Below, in pieces: positions 48,988-63,339 of a stretch of 64,000 nucleotides of DNA. A model generated the notes under the pieces. The model was not told where the DNA came from. It did not search any database and worked only from the letters and a program-made list of their open reading frames with translations. Source of the DNA: Hyphochytrium catenoides (Eukaryota > Protista > Hyphochytriomycota). A program made the translations under genes and the position numbers. Positions within the stretch are counted from its first letter, which is position 1, and every line of letters begins with the position of its first letter. The DNA lies in the NCBI GenBank assembly GCA_900088475.1, contig FLMG01002209.1:1-64000 (forward strand). The letters run 5' to 3'.

Positions 48988-51415
48988 TGCTCTCCCTCCC
49001 ACAGTCTACCCGCCCCGATGTTGGCGTGAGAATCCGCCTACAGCCTGGGGAGGCTGCACCCATCCGGGTGTTCGATGCGTTCAAGGCTACCGTGAAGAAG
49101 CATGGCTCCAAGAATGCTCTGTACACCCCTAAGGGCGATGGATGGTAGGGACCTCAAATGCATCTACTTTCGTCTCCTTTGTTGCTTGCTAACCGCTCCG
49201 TTCTCTTTTTCATCTTGAAGGAAAGTGCTTACTTTCCAGCAGTACTATGACCTCACCCTTGCCTTCGGAAAGGCCCTCATTGCCACCGGTTTCAAGCGCT
49301 ATCAATCTGTGAACATTATTGGCTTCAACTCTGTGGAGTGGTTCATCTCCAATATGGGAGCTATCGCTGCTGGAGGTCTAGCTGCGGGCATCTACACCAC
49401 CAATCTGCCTGACGCGTGCTTCTACATCTCGGAGCACTCGGAAGCGCACACAGTCGTTGTAGAGGACAAAACGCAGCTCATGAAGTACAAGGACATCTGC
49501 TCCAAGCTGCCACATCTCAAGCAGCTTGTCATTTACCAGGGAGGAGTACCAGAAGAAGCCAAGGATTTTTCTGTTCCTGTTTATGATTGGGCAGCCTTTC
49601 TTAAGCTGGGAGAGACAGTCTCGGTAAGCCAAGCACTGCACGCGCCATGTTCATTTGACGTGTCTCACCTATTCCATTTGCTCTGTCCCTAGAACGACAC
49701 CATTGAGGGTGTGATTGAGGCTCAGAAGCCAAACGAGGGCTGCACTCTCATCTACACCTCAGGCACCACCGGCCCTCCTAAGGCTGTGATGATCAGTCAC
49801 GGTACGGCGGCATTTTAGAGTGTCCACACTTTCTACGTTCTATAGTATGCTCACGTTGTTTTCACAGATAACCTTGTATGGACAGCCAATAAGACCATCG
49901 AGACAATTGGAGGCGTTGACCACAACGATCGCATTGTTTCCTACCTTCCGCTTTCTCATATCGCCGCCCAGCTTCTGGACATCCACTCAGCTATCAATGC
50001 TGGAGTGCAGATCTACTTTGCAAAGCCTGACGCCCTCAAGGGATCTCTTGGTGCCACTTTAAAGCAGGTAGAGACTAGACTGTTCCAGGGTCCAGGCCTA
50101 TTTTTATGGCTTTATCGGACGCTAAAGAGTGATCTTCTTTTCCCAGGTCCGCCCTACAGTCTTCTTCGGTGTTCCTCGCGTTTGGGAGAAGATTATGGAA
50201 AAGATGCAGGAGATCGGCAAGTCTACCACCGGCGTAAAGAAGCAACTAGCAACCTGGGCTAAGGCAAAGGGCAAGGGCCGCTTTGAGATGGCACAGTATG
50301 GCAAGTCTGGCGGTGCGCCTTTTGGTTTTGGCTGCGCCCACGCCATCGTTCTATCCAAGGTGAAGGCTGCTCTCGGCCTGGATGCTTGCAGATTCTGCTT
50401 CACTGGTGCAGCGCCCATTGCTGTGGAATGCATCGGTACGCGAAAAGCGCAGATGGGCTGGTCTGCGCCATGTTGTTCTAACTCATCTCTGTCCTCTCCT
50501 CTTTGTCTCGGACAGAGTACTTTGGCTCCCTTGACATCCACATCTTCGAGCTCTTCGGCCAGTCCGAGTGCACTGGTCCTCAGACCATCAACATCCCACG
50601 CAAGTGGAGAGTAGGCAGCTGCGGCCCTGCCTTCACGGGCACCACCATGAAGCTCGGAGACCAGAACGAGCTGATCTACTGCGGTAGGAACACTATGATG
50701 GGATACATGAAGGATGAGGTAAGCGGGGAGGCCTTTCCTTCTGAGTACCCTTCTTCGACACTATTGGCGTTTGTTTCTCTTCTTCCTTCTCGATGTCTCG
50801 CGTTAGGCTTAACGCTCAATGATCTCTCGCTCTCTTGCCTACTCATAGGCTAAGACTAAGGAGACCATTGACGAGGAGGGCTTCCTGCACTCCGGAGACG
50901 TTGCAAAGATTGACAGCGACGGATTCATGTCCATCACCGGACGTATCAAGGAGCTTATCATCACTGCTGGAGGAGAGAACATCCCTCCAGTGCTCATTGA
51001 GGATGCAATGAAGGATAGCATGAAGGCTATTGCAAACTGCATGGTCATCGGAGACAAGCGCAAGTTCCTTTCTATGATCATTGCCCTCAAGGTTGAGATG
51101 GACGCAGAGGGACTCCCCACTAACAAGCTCACAGGAGATGCGCTCGCCATCAGCAAGGAGATCGGCAGCACTGCCACAACCGTGCAGGAGGCTAAGGGCT
51201 GTGAGAAGTGGAAGAAGTACCTCGATGATGGGGTGAAGAGAGCGAACGAGAAGTCTACCTCCCGCGCGCAGCGTGTGAACAAGTGGACGATCATCAACGA
51301 TGACTTTACTGTGTTAGGTGGAGAGCTAACGCCGACTCTGAAGCTTAAGCGCTCTGTTGTCGCTAACAAGTACACCGACGTCATTGAGGAGATGTATAGC
51401 GGATCAGCCGAGTAA
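48988..51415 (+). CDS. ACSBG: Long-chain acyl-CoA synthetase, bubblegum family (multi-exon; 5' end near an N gap)
   Basis: [100 protein letters not shown]; stop at 51415. Confidence 0.92.
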
Positions 51416-51833
51416 TCAAAACTATGTAACTAGCAGATATGGCGGAGTTGGAGGATTAGACAAGAGGGAGAAAGGCGCGAGTACCAGTGCGGTAGTTGTG
51501 TGTGTGAGGTTGTCCTCTCAGAGATTTAACTATTAATATTGAAAGCAGCGTAGACCCACATTCCTCGATTTGCTGGGCCCAGGCACGACATCTCTTGTCC
51601 ATTATATAGCGGCCATGCAAGCCTCCTCTCTAACTCGGGGCTTCCTACGCTTGATTATTTGACCTCACTACGCACCTCTTGCAGGTGGCGAGTTTGAGTT
51701 GTGAAGCATCACTTCACTGAAGGCAAAGAGAGACAAATCGATGGTCTAGTCCTCCTCTTCACCCGTTGTTAGACAAGCGACCAGCACCTGAGCGGTAGAA
51801 AGCGTTGATAGATAGAATATTGACTCATGCGTT

Positions 51834-52234
51834 TTAACGCAGAAATAGGACATGAAGGGCCATAAGGATGCAAGCACCGGCGACCCATGGACTCTTCCTC
51901 TCTCCTATACGTGAGGCCTAAGTCAACAGAACCAATGATTAACTATGACCTTGATAGGACAAGACAGAGACGCGGAGCTGAATGCTTTGGGAGCTACCTT
52001 CCAGCAAATTCCCGATAGGCCCTCGTGCTTTCCTGGCTTACTGGAGTCGTCGAAGATGGTTGGAAAGCGGCCCCGAATGAACGTTGTCGTGCAGATTATA
52101 AGGAGAATAACCGTCAGGAGACTTGGGAAGTCGAACAATGCTGACTGATGTAGGTTCAAATGATGGGGAACCGGCAGAAGAGATAGTTTAGCCTATGTTA
52201 ACCGCCTTTGTCGATGTTTGGTCACACTTACCAT
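51834..52234 (-). CDS. TMEM167: Protein kish (TMEM167, DUF1242), 3 exons
   Basis: ATG-only first coding exon 52234-52232; exon 52144-51998 SALFDFPSLLTVILLIICTTTFIR...GICWK; exon 51917-51834 ASRIGERKSPWVAGACILMALHVLFLR-stop. Confidence 0.92.
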
Positions 52235-52846
52235 CTCTAGCTATTCGAAGTTTGCTGGAATTGATATAGATTTAGAGCAAAAAGAAGCGGACCAATTGAT
52301 GTACGCAGACGGCCAAGGATTATACAGAAGGGCTTCTTGCCAGAAACAAGTAACGTTGACGATGAGGCGGGAGAGTCGGCCTTTTGGGACTATGAACTGC
52401 ATCATTCAAGATACCAGGACTATGAACGCAGTTTGTCTGGATTCTCTGATTGCTCCAGACTCCAGATATTATTCTGGAGATTTGGAGGTCAGTTATCAGA
52501 AGGTGGTAATCTGTGATTATCATATATATGATCTGATATGCTGATGGACTCATCGACTCATCTGCCTTGAAGATTGAACCTCACAAAGGCGATGAAGCGT
52601 GAAACTGGAAGAGCTTCGCTGAGAGATTGGCAGCGCGATTCTGCAGATCTCAGGCAATCTCTACCCCGGATTGCGCCTTTCTGTCTACGCACATGGGGCC
52701 ACTAACCTTATAGATTCCACTGATCACTTCTATGTGCAACGGACAAGCATAGGATCAGTACTAGGTAGTCTACGTCACCGAGGTCAACCTGCTGCCGCCG
52801 CTCCTTACAGGGCGAGGAGAAGGGACCACCGCGTGCTGGTTGCAGC

Positions 52847-54097
52847 ATGTTCCTCTCTCTGTACATCATAAACAAGGCAGGAGGACTCATCTTCCAGTTG
52901 GATCTCACGTCTAATGCTCCGAAGCTGACTGGCAATGACTATTTAAGACTTGGGTCCACATTTCACGGCCTTCATGTGATTGCGGCGCAGGTGATACTCT
53001 TTGTCTTGTTCAGTGAAAACGAGCCCTATTGGGAAAGCTAAGCCCTTTGGGCGTTCGGTGCAGGTTGCTCCAGTCGTCTCAGGAGGCATTGAGAGTCTAG
53101 AGACGGATACGTTTAAGCTTCACTGTCTGCAGACCCAAACTGGTCAGCAAGTTGATGCAGTTTCCTGTTAGCGAACTTAGTTCTTGTTCTTCTCTCACTA
53201 GTTAGCGATCACAACTGACATCCCCTCGAGCTCCTTTTGAGCTTCTAGGCGCGGCTTCTCACTATTGACATTACTTCCGACAATCTTCAACTCAAACTTC
53301 ACCCTTCCCATTCCTCTTTCTTTCCGCCATTTCTCGGTGCGACGCTTGCCTCTCTGCCTTGTAGGCACGAAGTTTTTCATCACAGCAGAGCCTGGCACCC
53401 AAGACCTTGAGCACGTGCTGCATGGCGTCTATGAGCTGTACACAGACTATGTGCTCAAGGTAACTCCAAACAAACTTTGATGATTCCTCATTGGCCTTCT
53501 CTAGGTCCCGTCTGTCCGTGACCTTCTCTCTCTTTTACAGATGTGCCGCTCTTTACTCATCTATATCTCAATGCCTGACGTCTCTCCCTCCTTCAATGTG
53601 CGGAGCAGTCTCTCTTCATCTCTAGTCTTCTGCCTTCCAATTGAATCTCTCATAGAGAGAGAGTCTAGAAGTCGATGCTCCCTCTTGTGACGATATGCCA
53701 ACGTCTTAATATGGTGCTTCTTGTGCTGGTCTTTCCATTCCTGCATTGCACTCTACTCATCAAATCTTCCTTTTGATTGCTCTACAATGAGGTTCAGTGT
53801 TGTTGCGCACAACCTTTGCTTTGTCTCAGTAGCTATGTTTGTCTATCTGTTCCGGCCGTCTCCGTCGCTGTATGGTCGCCCTTTCTGGTGGACTCGTTCT
53901 CATCTTCTCTGAACTCTTACTCTCTGACGATGACTGCTCTTGCCTTGCAGAATCCATTCTATGAACTGGAGATGCCAATCCGCTGTGATCTCTTCAATTA
54001 CAAGCTGAAGCAGCTTATCGCCTCTTACTCACAGGACAAACGCAGGTCAACGGTGGACGCCAGGAGCTATGGACATGACTTCCCCATTGCCCATTGA
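52847..54097 (+). CDS. TRAPPC4: TRAPP complex subunit 4 / Trs23 (sybindin-like), 4 exons
   Basis: [68 protein letters not shown]. Exons 52847-52990, 53064-53142, 53365-53459, 53951-54097. Confidence 0.95.
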
Positions 54098-54852
54098 GGT
54101 GGGCAACAGAGCAGATGTGTCTGGATAGGGAGAGGATGAAAGAGAAAGAGAGAGAGAGAGCAAGCGGAACAAAACGTCTCTTCAAGGCAATCTAGGACCG
54201 CTGTTGAATGGGCTTTAGGCAGTCAAAGGTGTTCATTGGCAACGTTTGGTCTCTCTATCTCTCTCCACTATCCGGGAAGCGCTTTCTATTTATTGACAAG
54301 GAAAGTCTAACGGAACAGCACAACCCGATGTCCCTTAGGTGGTTTTCCTTGCTTGTGCCTGTCCTGTTAACTTAATCAAGGTCTGTCTTTATAATAGAGC
54401 CAGTAATTCACCGAACATGTAGGCCCAAATCTCCATCTCTGTTCCCCTTTCCTCTCTGCTTTGCCTATACACCTACTAAATATTCCCATCCAGAGCGAGA
54501 CAGAGATTGAGACAGCTTACTTTCCCGTCTCCGCTCTCATCTTTTCCCCTAATATCTCTCTTCCAAACCCTTTGACCTCGACGCTGCTATTTTGCCCTCG
54601 TCGTCGCCTTAATAACCTTGGTTACGAGGCGGTGGGCTCCGCTGCGGCGGTCCTGCATGAGAAAGAAGGGGAGAGTCGGTGAGGAGATAGTGAGAGAGCC
54701 GTGGTTGGACTCACTTCTGCGCATGTCTTTCTCTTTACTCTTCTTCCCACGCTGCTCTTCCACCACCCTCCTCTCGTCACATTGCGCCTAGCAGAATGTT
54801 CTACATATATCAAGTCGCTGTTCGCTTTGTCCCGCATTGTCTCATAAAGTTT

Positions 54853-57800
54853 CTACTCGTTACCTTGATCAGTAGCTCCATATCTGCCTGGGGGAACCTG
54901 TTGCTGCTGCTGCAGAAAGGCTGGGAGCGGTGTTGAAGCGTTTGGCTTCCTGGCGAAGGAGAAGCCTTCAAAATGATTCTTCCCGTCTTCCACGCCCTTC
55001 ATCTGACGCGCCAGCCCCGGCTTGTCCCCCAGCGACGGCTCCTTGAGCTCCTGCTGCACGATGTGCCTCGGTACAAACGCTACTTCGTCCTCTCCCACCT
55101 TCGGATCATAAGGCGGCCGGATCTGCTTCTGCAGCACCGCCTCCCAGTTGATTCCATGAAAGAATCGATGGCGGAAGACATCACGTCCTCCCAAGCGGCG
55201 AAGGGGATCGCGAATAAGGAGCTGGAGGTACAATTCGGCCAGACAAAGGAACAGAAAGGAACAGGGTTAGAAGAATGATTAGTAGCTACATCAGGAAAAG
55301 CTAAGCGCTGGACTGGCGCTGGTGATCCACTCCTCAGAGCGAGAGACATGAGGATAAGAAGAGAGGGAACAAGGAGTATGCCGCGCACCCTCTGCACAAT
55401 GTCAACAGCAGCGTCCGAGAAGTGCGCTGAGAAGGTGACCCATTCTTGCTTGAGAATTGTCTGGAACATGATCTCCCGGTTCTTATGGTAGTACGGAGGC
55501 TGCACAAGCCAGAGTCAGATATAAAAGACTATCGTGCGTCCCCAAGAGAGGGAGGAGAGAGAAGGGAACCCTGACCACCACTGGAACCGCCATAGAGAGA
55601 GAGAAGGAAAGCATACTATCCTCACCGCTACTTAATGTCGCTCCCCCTTCTTCTCTTGGTGCTATCCCCTCCTGATGTTCTCATCTTTCGTTCTCCCCTT
55701 CCAGTTCTTCCATGCACGCTCTCTCTCTCTCCCTCTCACGTTCTCTGTTTCTCTCTGAGCTCTAGGATTGCACTCACCCTGCCCGCTATCATCTCATAGA
55801 GAAGCACGCCAAAGGACCACCAGTCAGCGGCCTTTCCATAAGCTTGGCCCTTCAGCAGCTCCGGCGCAATGTACGCCGCCGTTCCGCAGAAAGTCTTCGC
55901 TCCTCTAAGCCCGGAGACTCCGATTTTTGACAATCCAAAGTCAGTGATCGCCACATGGCCTTGAGAGTCTAGCAGGACGTTCTCAAGCTTTGCATCCCTG
56001 GTGGGGAGGAAAGAGACGAGCGGCGGAGAGTTAGACAGGACCGAGGCACACGGGACAGGTAGACGGGATGAAGAGACAAAGGAAAAAGCTCAAGCTTCAT
56101 CGACGTCGTGATTACTAGAAGGGAACTTCATGATCTGAGACAGGTTCCAAAGTCTTCTGCGTGACGCCACACAGAAACAGTAATATTCAGGGCTGAGGCA
56201 AGTAGTACGAGCGACCAGAGAGAGAGAGAGAGAGAGAGAGACAGAACGAGCATAAAAAAGAAAGGAGAGATAGCAAAACAAAAATAATGCTGGTGGACCT
56301 GTAGATAATGTTGAGGTTATGCAGGTGATGGATGGCAAGTGCAATCTCGGCCGCATAGAACTTTGCCATCTGCTCCGGAAACTTCCGCCACTTGCGCAAG
56401 TGGACGTTCAGGGATCCGCCGCTATGGGAAGAAAGAAGAGAAAGGAGGCAACACACGTCAATTTGGAACAGTGAGTAAAAAGGTTAGAGCGGCAAAGTAC
56501 AATAATAACTCTCGTTGACACCCAGTTGAGGTCCGACAAGGTAAGTAAGGAAACTCTCCTGAATAATGTTGAGAGGTGGTTGCCAAGAGTAATAGAGAGC
56601 CAGAACTGCGGAAGAGACCAATGCCAGTATATATTCAGGGGAGAGAGCGCGAGAAAGGAAGAACCGTGACGGAAAGGAAGAGAAATAGTCGACCTCATAT
56701 AACCCATAACAAGATAGAGTTTCTGGTCATTTTGAAAGGCGTAATGCAGCTTGACAATGAAAGGATGATTGATCTCCGTCAAGATGCGGCGCTCCGCCAT
56801 CGTCGTCTTCACCAGCCCAGAAGACAGAATGCTCTTCTTGAGCAGCACCTAGATGGCAGAGGGAGTAGCTTAGTGCAGGGTAAAAGACTAAAGATAATAA
56901 ATAATATATGGCATAAGATAGTGACTATGGCATAGTGGAGTTAGCTACAATCAGTCTTCGAGAAAGAAAGAGAGAAAGAAAGAGAGAAGAGAAGACACAA
57001 TAAACTCGCATAAAGAGAGACACGTGGTGGTTATCTCACGGACCTTCATGGCATAGTAGGTTCCTGCATCCTCTCCTGTCTTCTTCCTAACCAAAAAGAC
57101 CTTCCCAAATCCTCCCTGGCCGATCACTTGCTTCAAGTCGAAGTCAGTGTCGACACTTAGGTTTGCAGAGTCATCCTCCTCCTGCTCCTTCTGCTCGAGA
57201 GATGGGTCGTACGGGTTCTGTGTGCACGTGTGTTAGCGTGCAAGAGAGAGAGAGAGAGAGAGCCGAGAGAGGGGCCGGGAAGGAGATGAGAAGAAAGACA
57301 CAGGGAGAGAGTGTGTGCGCACGCGTGAGAGAGAAAGTGAGGTCAACAGTCAGAAAAGAAAAGAAGAGGAAGGGCACAGGACTCATAGAAGGACGACGGG
57401 CTTCAGAGACAGAATAAAGGTGGCCATAACTCGAGGGAGAGGCAAAAGAATTGCAAGGAAACTGCACAAAGAACGCAGGATAACAAAACATCGAGAGATC
57501 AACGACATGTTATAGGGAAAGGCTTTCTGACATCGTAAGGCGACGGTTGCTGCTGGGTGTAGGTCATGGCTGCTGCACTGTCCTGGTATGCTGGCTCTGG
57601 TCCTTGGTGCGATGCACGGACAGAAAGAGGGGGTAAGGGGGAGCGAGAGAGACCGTGAGCGAGGAAGAGTAATATTGACACAGGTTATTGTGGTTGCGTT
57701 GTGAAATGAGGAGATGATGAGAGAGGATGACGTAGCCACCTCCAGATACTTTCTTGAGAGCTGTAAAAGAGAGGCCCAGATTGACCGCTTACTGACCTGC

Positions 57801-58410
57801 TGGAGGATTGAAGCCCTGGAACGCTGACTCGCGGCGCGGGATGGGCGAGCTCGAGGGCTGAAAGAGAGGCAACAGGGAGAAAGAATAGCGCGGTGAGGAA
57901 GAAGAAGAAGAAGTGCCTTTCAGACAGGTTGAATGTCACCACCTTCTCTAGACACAGATCCTCGTAATAGAAGACGGCACCAGGATGAACAAGGAGAGAA
58001 GGAGTGGAGATCCTACCCTTAGTGGAGAGCTAGAAGGCGGGCGCACGACAGCTCTGATCGCCTTCACAATGGCGGTCATGGAGGTCTCTGCAGGGTCGGT
58101 CCCTAGCAGAGCCATCACGGAGCTCTGAGCGCCACGGAGGATATGAGAGGGCGAGGAAGGTTGAGAGGCATCTGGCGGAGGGAGAGAGAGGCATACGCAT
58201 CCCACTCTTCCCTGTTCCTTCGAAAGCTGAGTGGCAATCGTTGTCTGCGCGATCTCCCAGTTAATGGCCTGACGAAGAAAATTGCCAGTTAGAAGAAGTA
58301 CAAGCTCATGAAAGAGACATCCGACTGGCATTCGAGGGAGCAAGGACTTCAATGTCGGCTCCAGTGAAGTTCAAGGTAGGGAGTCACAGGATAATGGAGA
58401 AGGGAAAGAG

Positions 58411-58442
<32 letters not shown>

Positions 58443-61400
58443 CAAGAGAGAGAGAGAGAGTAGAGAATGACCGAGAGCCATTCATAAAGATTAATGAGAG
58501 ATAAGTGAAAAGAGGTCTGGATACCTTCTTGGCAAGTAGCTGTAGCACGGTGTATGTCTCTGTTTTGTCTATGATGTGCTTCGACTCAATAAACGCGATG
58601 CGGTGGAGCTTCTCCCGCAGCTGAATCTCATGAGTCTGCAGTAGAGTCTTTACGAGGGAGCCTCCTCGACCGTAGGCAATAAAGGAAACTTGGCCTACAG
58701 AGGTAGGACGAGGATCAGGCGAGGCAGACAGCAGAAAACGTTGACAGGAGGCAATACTTGCACAGAGGGAGAGAGAGAGCGCGAGAGAAACTAGCAGACG
58801 GAGCAGCCGCAGTAAGAAGGGAGCAGGATAAGGAGGTAGAAATGAGCGAAAAAAGCGAACGAGACAGCAATACAAGGGCAGGGAGTGAGTAAAAGAGAGA
58901 GACAGAACCAAGAGGAGAATGTGTGAAGACAGAGAGAGAGCGGCGAGAGGGATCCTCTTTACCTTGACAGTTGAGGAGATAAGTATTCCATAGATAGTTC
59001 ATATGTTCTAGCGGCGTGGAGGACTGCGGCACGGGCAACACTCTCTCCACTCCTTCTTCGAACACAGTGCTCGTGTTGCTGTAAGGGTTAGAGAGAAGGA
59101 CAGCATAACCGGCCTGCAGACAAGAGGCGATCATGGCTTCCATTGACCAAGGATCTTCTCTCGAAGGGAGAGGGTAGGCCGACTCTTGCTTCCACAGTCC
59201 CACCTGATGACAAGGAAAGAGCCACATGAGAAGGAGAGACCAAGAGACAGAGATAACAGAACCCGGAGAGACTGAAGCGAGTGAGAGAGAAAGAGCGAGA
59301 GCACACGCGCGCGAGAGAGAAAGAGAGACGGAGAGAGAGAAAGAAGAAGAGAGAGTGCATTGCTCACCTGTCCACTATCTGCTACAAAGGCCACCACTGA
59401 CGCTGCGGAGCCTGCATTTGGAGACCAATAGATTTTGCAGCGCAAGACAGAGTTGTCTGACGGAATGTATGAGGGCCTTAGACCATACTGAGACTCCAAG
59501 ACAGAGAAGAGAGAAGAGGCTTTATACTCTGGAGACCGGGAGGCGTACTCCTGCCCATTTCTCTCTCTCTCTCCTCCCTGCCCTCCTCGCATAGCGGACA
59601 TCTCTAGCGCCCGAGGAGGGGCAACCCGTGAAGAGAGACCGCGCGGAGGGGGCGGGTAAGCCTCAGGAATGTCTTGAGAGATTCTCTCGTCGACTGGAAC
59701 ATAGTCTGAGGCCTCGTGGACATTAAGAAAGGCGTCTGGATCTTCACTGAATCTTCCTCCTTCCTCTCCTCTCTCTTCCACGCCTCTTGGAGGATAATCA
59801 ACAGGCACAGAGCGGAACTCTGTCTCGTCACTGAGGCGGAGTCTGGAGACTGCTGACGCGGGAGGAGCATCTACCGGGACACTAGCAAAGGCTTCTTCCT
59901 CATCCCCAGCGCCGCCACTCTCCCTTCCTCCTGCAGTCGCTGTGGCTGACCTTCTTCCTCCTCCCGATCCTCCTGATCGACTGCTGGCTGACTCTTCAGA
60001 GATAGGCATCAGATTCTTTACATCTACAGGAGAGAGTTGCCTCTCCTTGTCCTTCCCTAGTATTATTCCTCCGTCAGACGGAGGTGGAGAAGCGGAGGCA
60101 GAGCGGACAACCTTCTCTTCTTCTTCTATTCGTGTTTGTGCCAGCTCCTCTGTGATATCATTGGAAACTATGGAGCTGTCCCTATGTTGCACCCCTTCCT
60201 CCCCTTCTGTCTTTAGCACGGCCAAAAGCAGCGTCCTTGCGCCCTCAAAAAGCTCTTGATTGCTCGTCTCGTCGTTCTCCTCCACAGCCTCGATGGTCCC
60301 AGGAGCCGGGCTCTCCATATCAACATCGTACGCCGCCTGTCCTTCCTCTTCGGCCTGTTCTGCTGTGCGTACCGCGGGGATATCGGTCGCACTCTTGACT
60401 GCCCGAGGAGGAGGAAGAGGAGGCGAAGCAGCAGGCACGGCTTCTCTTGAGCTTGTAGGGCTTCCTCTGGGCACCCCCGCAGTGTAGACAGAAGGGATCT
60501 CTCTGTCGCTGACGGGCCTTCCTCTGCCTGGAAGAGAGGATGGAGGTCCTCCTCCCACTGTGGCCACTGCAGGGATGTCATTGGCGCTCTGGGCTACTCG
60601 TCGCCTCACTGCGACACTTCCCCTTGCCCTAAGGGCTGCGGGCACGTCAGAGTCATCCATAGGCTTAGTGTAAGGGGTAGAGGACGTTCGCCTGGTAGAG
60701 ATGAGGAGAAGAGGATCGGACAGAAAGTTGTGAGCCAACCCATGTCCGCTTTCTCTTCTTTCTCTCTCGCTGGCCCTACGCTGGTGGTCTCTTTATATGG
60801 GTCACGTCCTACTGCTCCCAGAAAAGCTCCAGCTACTTAACGCGTCTTTTTTACCCTATCTAGTTGCGTCTATGGAGACTGTTTTTTACTTCTCTCTCTC
60901 TCTCTTGCTCTCTCTCTCTATGTTCTGTCTCAGAATTAGCCTTCTCCCTTCTCTCTACTTCCGCTGACAACGTTTTCTGGCCTTCGTCATACCTGCCAAA
61001 GTTCATGCTTGCTCTAATTTGTTCCTCAGGCGGGCTGGCCCGACGAGGAATAAGAGACGCTCTGCTGTCCATCGCACCAGGCAGCTTCCTCGATGCACCA
61101 GCAATACTAGCCCCTGCCGTGGGATCATCATCTCCACCTAGAGAGAGTGAGAGTGAGAGAGACGAACATGGGAGAGAGAGAGAGAGAGAGAGAGACAGAA
61201 AAAGACGGGTGGAGCGTGTAATCAAAGAGAAAGACCGAGACAGATAGCCTACAATTCCTCTCCTAGTCTCCTGGCTATAGACTCAGGACAATCAATCCTC
61301 ATTCTCTGTGCGTGTCTGTGTGTTCGTCTTTCTCCACAAATCCTCTCTCTTTGCCTAATTCCCCTTCTTCCCTATGCCTTGGTACTCCGTACTCACCAGC

Positions 61401-62336
61401 TACTTTGGCCCCACAAATGCCACAGAACTTCTGATTTGCCTTGACAATCGCCTTGCAGATGTCACAGCGCACTCCCGCCGACTGTTGGCGACTCCCATCC
61501 AGCGCCGCAATCCAGCGCTGCCGCTGCTTATTATTCTCTGCACAGACGTAGTACGGCTCCCCGTCCGCTGTGTAGAACATAAAGGAGAAAGCGGACCATT
61601 CGGGGCGGGGCGAGAACTCTGAATAATCTCTCACTTTGGTCACCACCACTGTTTTCTTAGGCTTCGCTCCCACTCTGGCTTTCTCTTGATCCTCATAGTA
61701 GCTGAGACTTGACCCGCGAAGGACAAAGAATCGCCTTCTCCAGTTTTTTCTTCTGTGTCCTTGCTTCACGAGATATCCTGAGAACGTGACGCCCTCAGCG
61801 TTGAACTCTGGCATCCCTTCCAGTTGTGCTCCTCCTCCTCCTCCTCCTGTCCCTCCCGCTCCTCCGCCTATCTTTGTAGTGAGAGAGAGAGAGCCCACGC
61901 CTCCCGCTCCTGCTCCTCCCACTCCTGCTGTCTGAACCCTCTGCAGCGCCGCCAGCCAGCGCTGACAGTCTGCTTCTGACTCTGCATAGCAATACCAGGC
62001 GTCCGAGCCCGCAGGAGAGCGGACGAGAAAGCCGTAAGGTTTCTCAGGGAAAGGCTCTGCTTGTCCGACTTCAATGCTCTGCGTGTTGCTCCCTCTGTGT
62101 CCTCCATCTCTGTCTGTGGAGGCGTACAGAATGCTGCCAGACAGAGTGAGATATCGCTTCTGATAAAGGCCCCAAGACGCCTTTCGAAAGCAATATCCCT
62201 CGCATGTGACTGGCAGAGAGAAGGCGGAGGACGGGGCTGTGCTCTCTGTCTCGCCGCTAGCGTCGGAAGAGAGAGGAAGACCGAAGTTTCCTCTTTGGGC
62301 AGAAGAGATGCCCATTGACTGCCGAAGGCGGTCCAT
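54853..62336 (-). CDS. AGC (Akt/S6K/RSK-like) Ser/Thr kinase with N-terminal PH-PH, zinc ribbon and Arb2/FAM172-like domain
   Basis: PH motifs EGYCFRK...YQKRYLTL...RWLAAL and [20 protein letters not shown]...RWIAAL; CDIC...KFCGICG; Arb2-like [12 protein letters not shown]...[10 protein letters not shown]...IAFIESKH...AINW; kinase [31 protein letters not shown]; hydrophobic motif FEGFSF. Confidence 0.85.
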
Positions 62337-63339
62337 CCTTCTCTATTGAAGAGAAAAGAAGAGAGAGAGAGAGAAAGAGGGAGAGAGATGGCGCACTGCA
62401 AGAGAGACAGATGTATCTTTATGGCTGGGTTTCTACTGCGTAAGATTGTGGAGAGAAAGAGAAATGAAAGAGAGACAGATTAGGGTTAGATGGCAGTAGA
62501 AGAGTGCAAGAGAGAGAGAGAGAGAGAGAGAGTGAGAGAGAGAAAGAATGAGGTCACTTTGAAGATAACAGCCACCAAGACCCCAAATGGACAGCGGTTG
62601 TGCACTTATGCATAACAAGCAGACAAATGTGGGGGAGAGAGAAAGGGAGAGAGAAAGGGAGAGAGAGAGAGACAGATAGACAGACAGGCAGACAGAGAGA
62701 GAGAACAAGCGTAGGAATGTATAGAGAGGCCCTTTAGTCCGAAGGACGAAGGAAGAGGAAGCAGAATTTAGACCTTTCACTTCATGGTGCCAATAAAGGA
62801 GAACGAAAGGAGTAAATCGCCTGCAACCACCTGGCTCTACAGAGAGAGAGAGAGAGAGAGTGTGTCAGTGTCCGGGTCAACCTCAGCATGTCTCTCTTAG
62901 CATCTCTCTCTCTCTCTCTCTGTCCCTACGTCTTCTCTCTCCTCTCTCTTTCCGGACCTCTGCTTTCCCTCCTTCTTTGGCCCTGCTGACCTTCGCTATG
63001 AAGCGCTGTGATGCCCTTGTTTTTCCTTACAGTCGAGGTCGTGCGCCGTTATTCGGCCGCTAGACAATGTGTGTCTCTCTCTCTCCAGAGAGAGACAAGA
63101 TCAGAGAAGAAACCCAATAAAGAGAGACGAAGAGAAGAGACAGATTGTGGGGGATCTGATGGGAAATGTACGACCGAGCTGACTAGAAGAGCTTTTGCCA
63201 GCTTTTTGGTTAGAGAGAGAGAGAGACACACACAGAAAGAAGTGTGGATTTGGTGCCGCGACCTTCGTTTTCCCTTACCTTCCATCACCGGCGGTCTCGA
63301 TGCTAATAGATTAACCACCAGGGTCAGAACGATACCCTA

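Noticed and set aside
58270-58523. Intron in the kinase gene starting GTATCC, as a possible U12 GT-AG intron
   Set aside because: It continues AG rather than TT, and has a TTCTAAC branch site plus a pyrimidine tract typical of U2 introns
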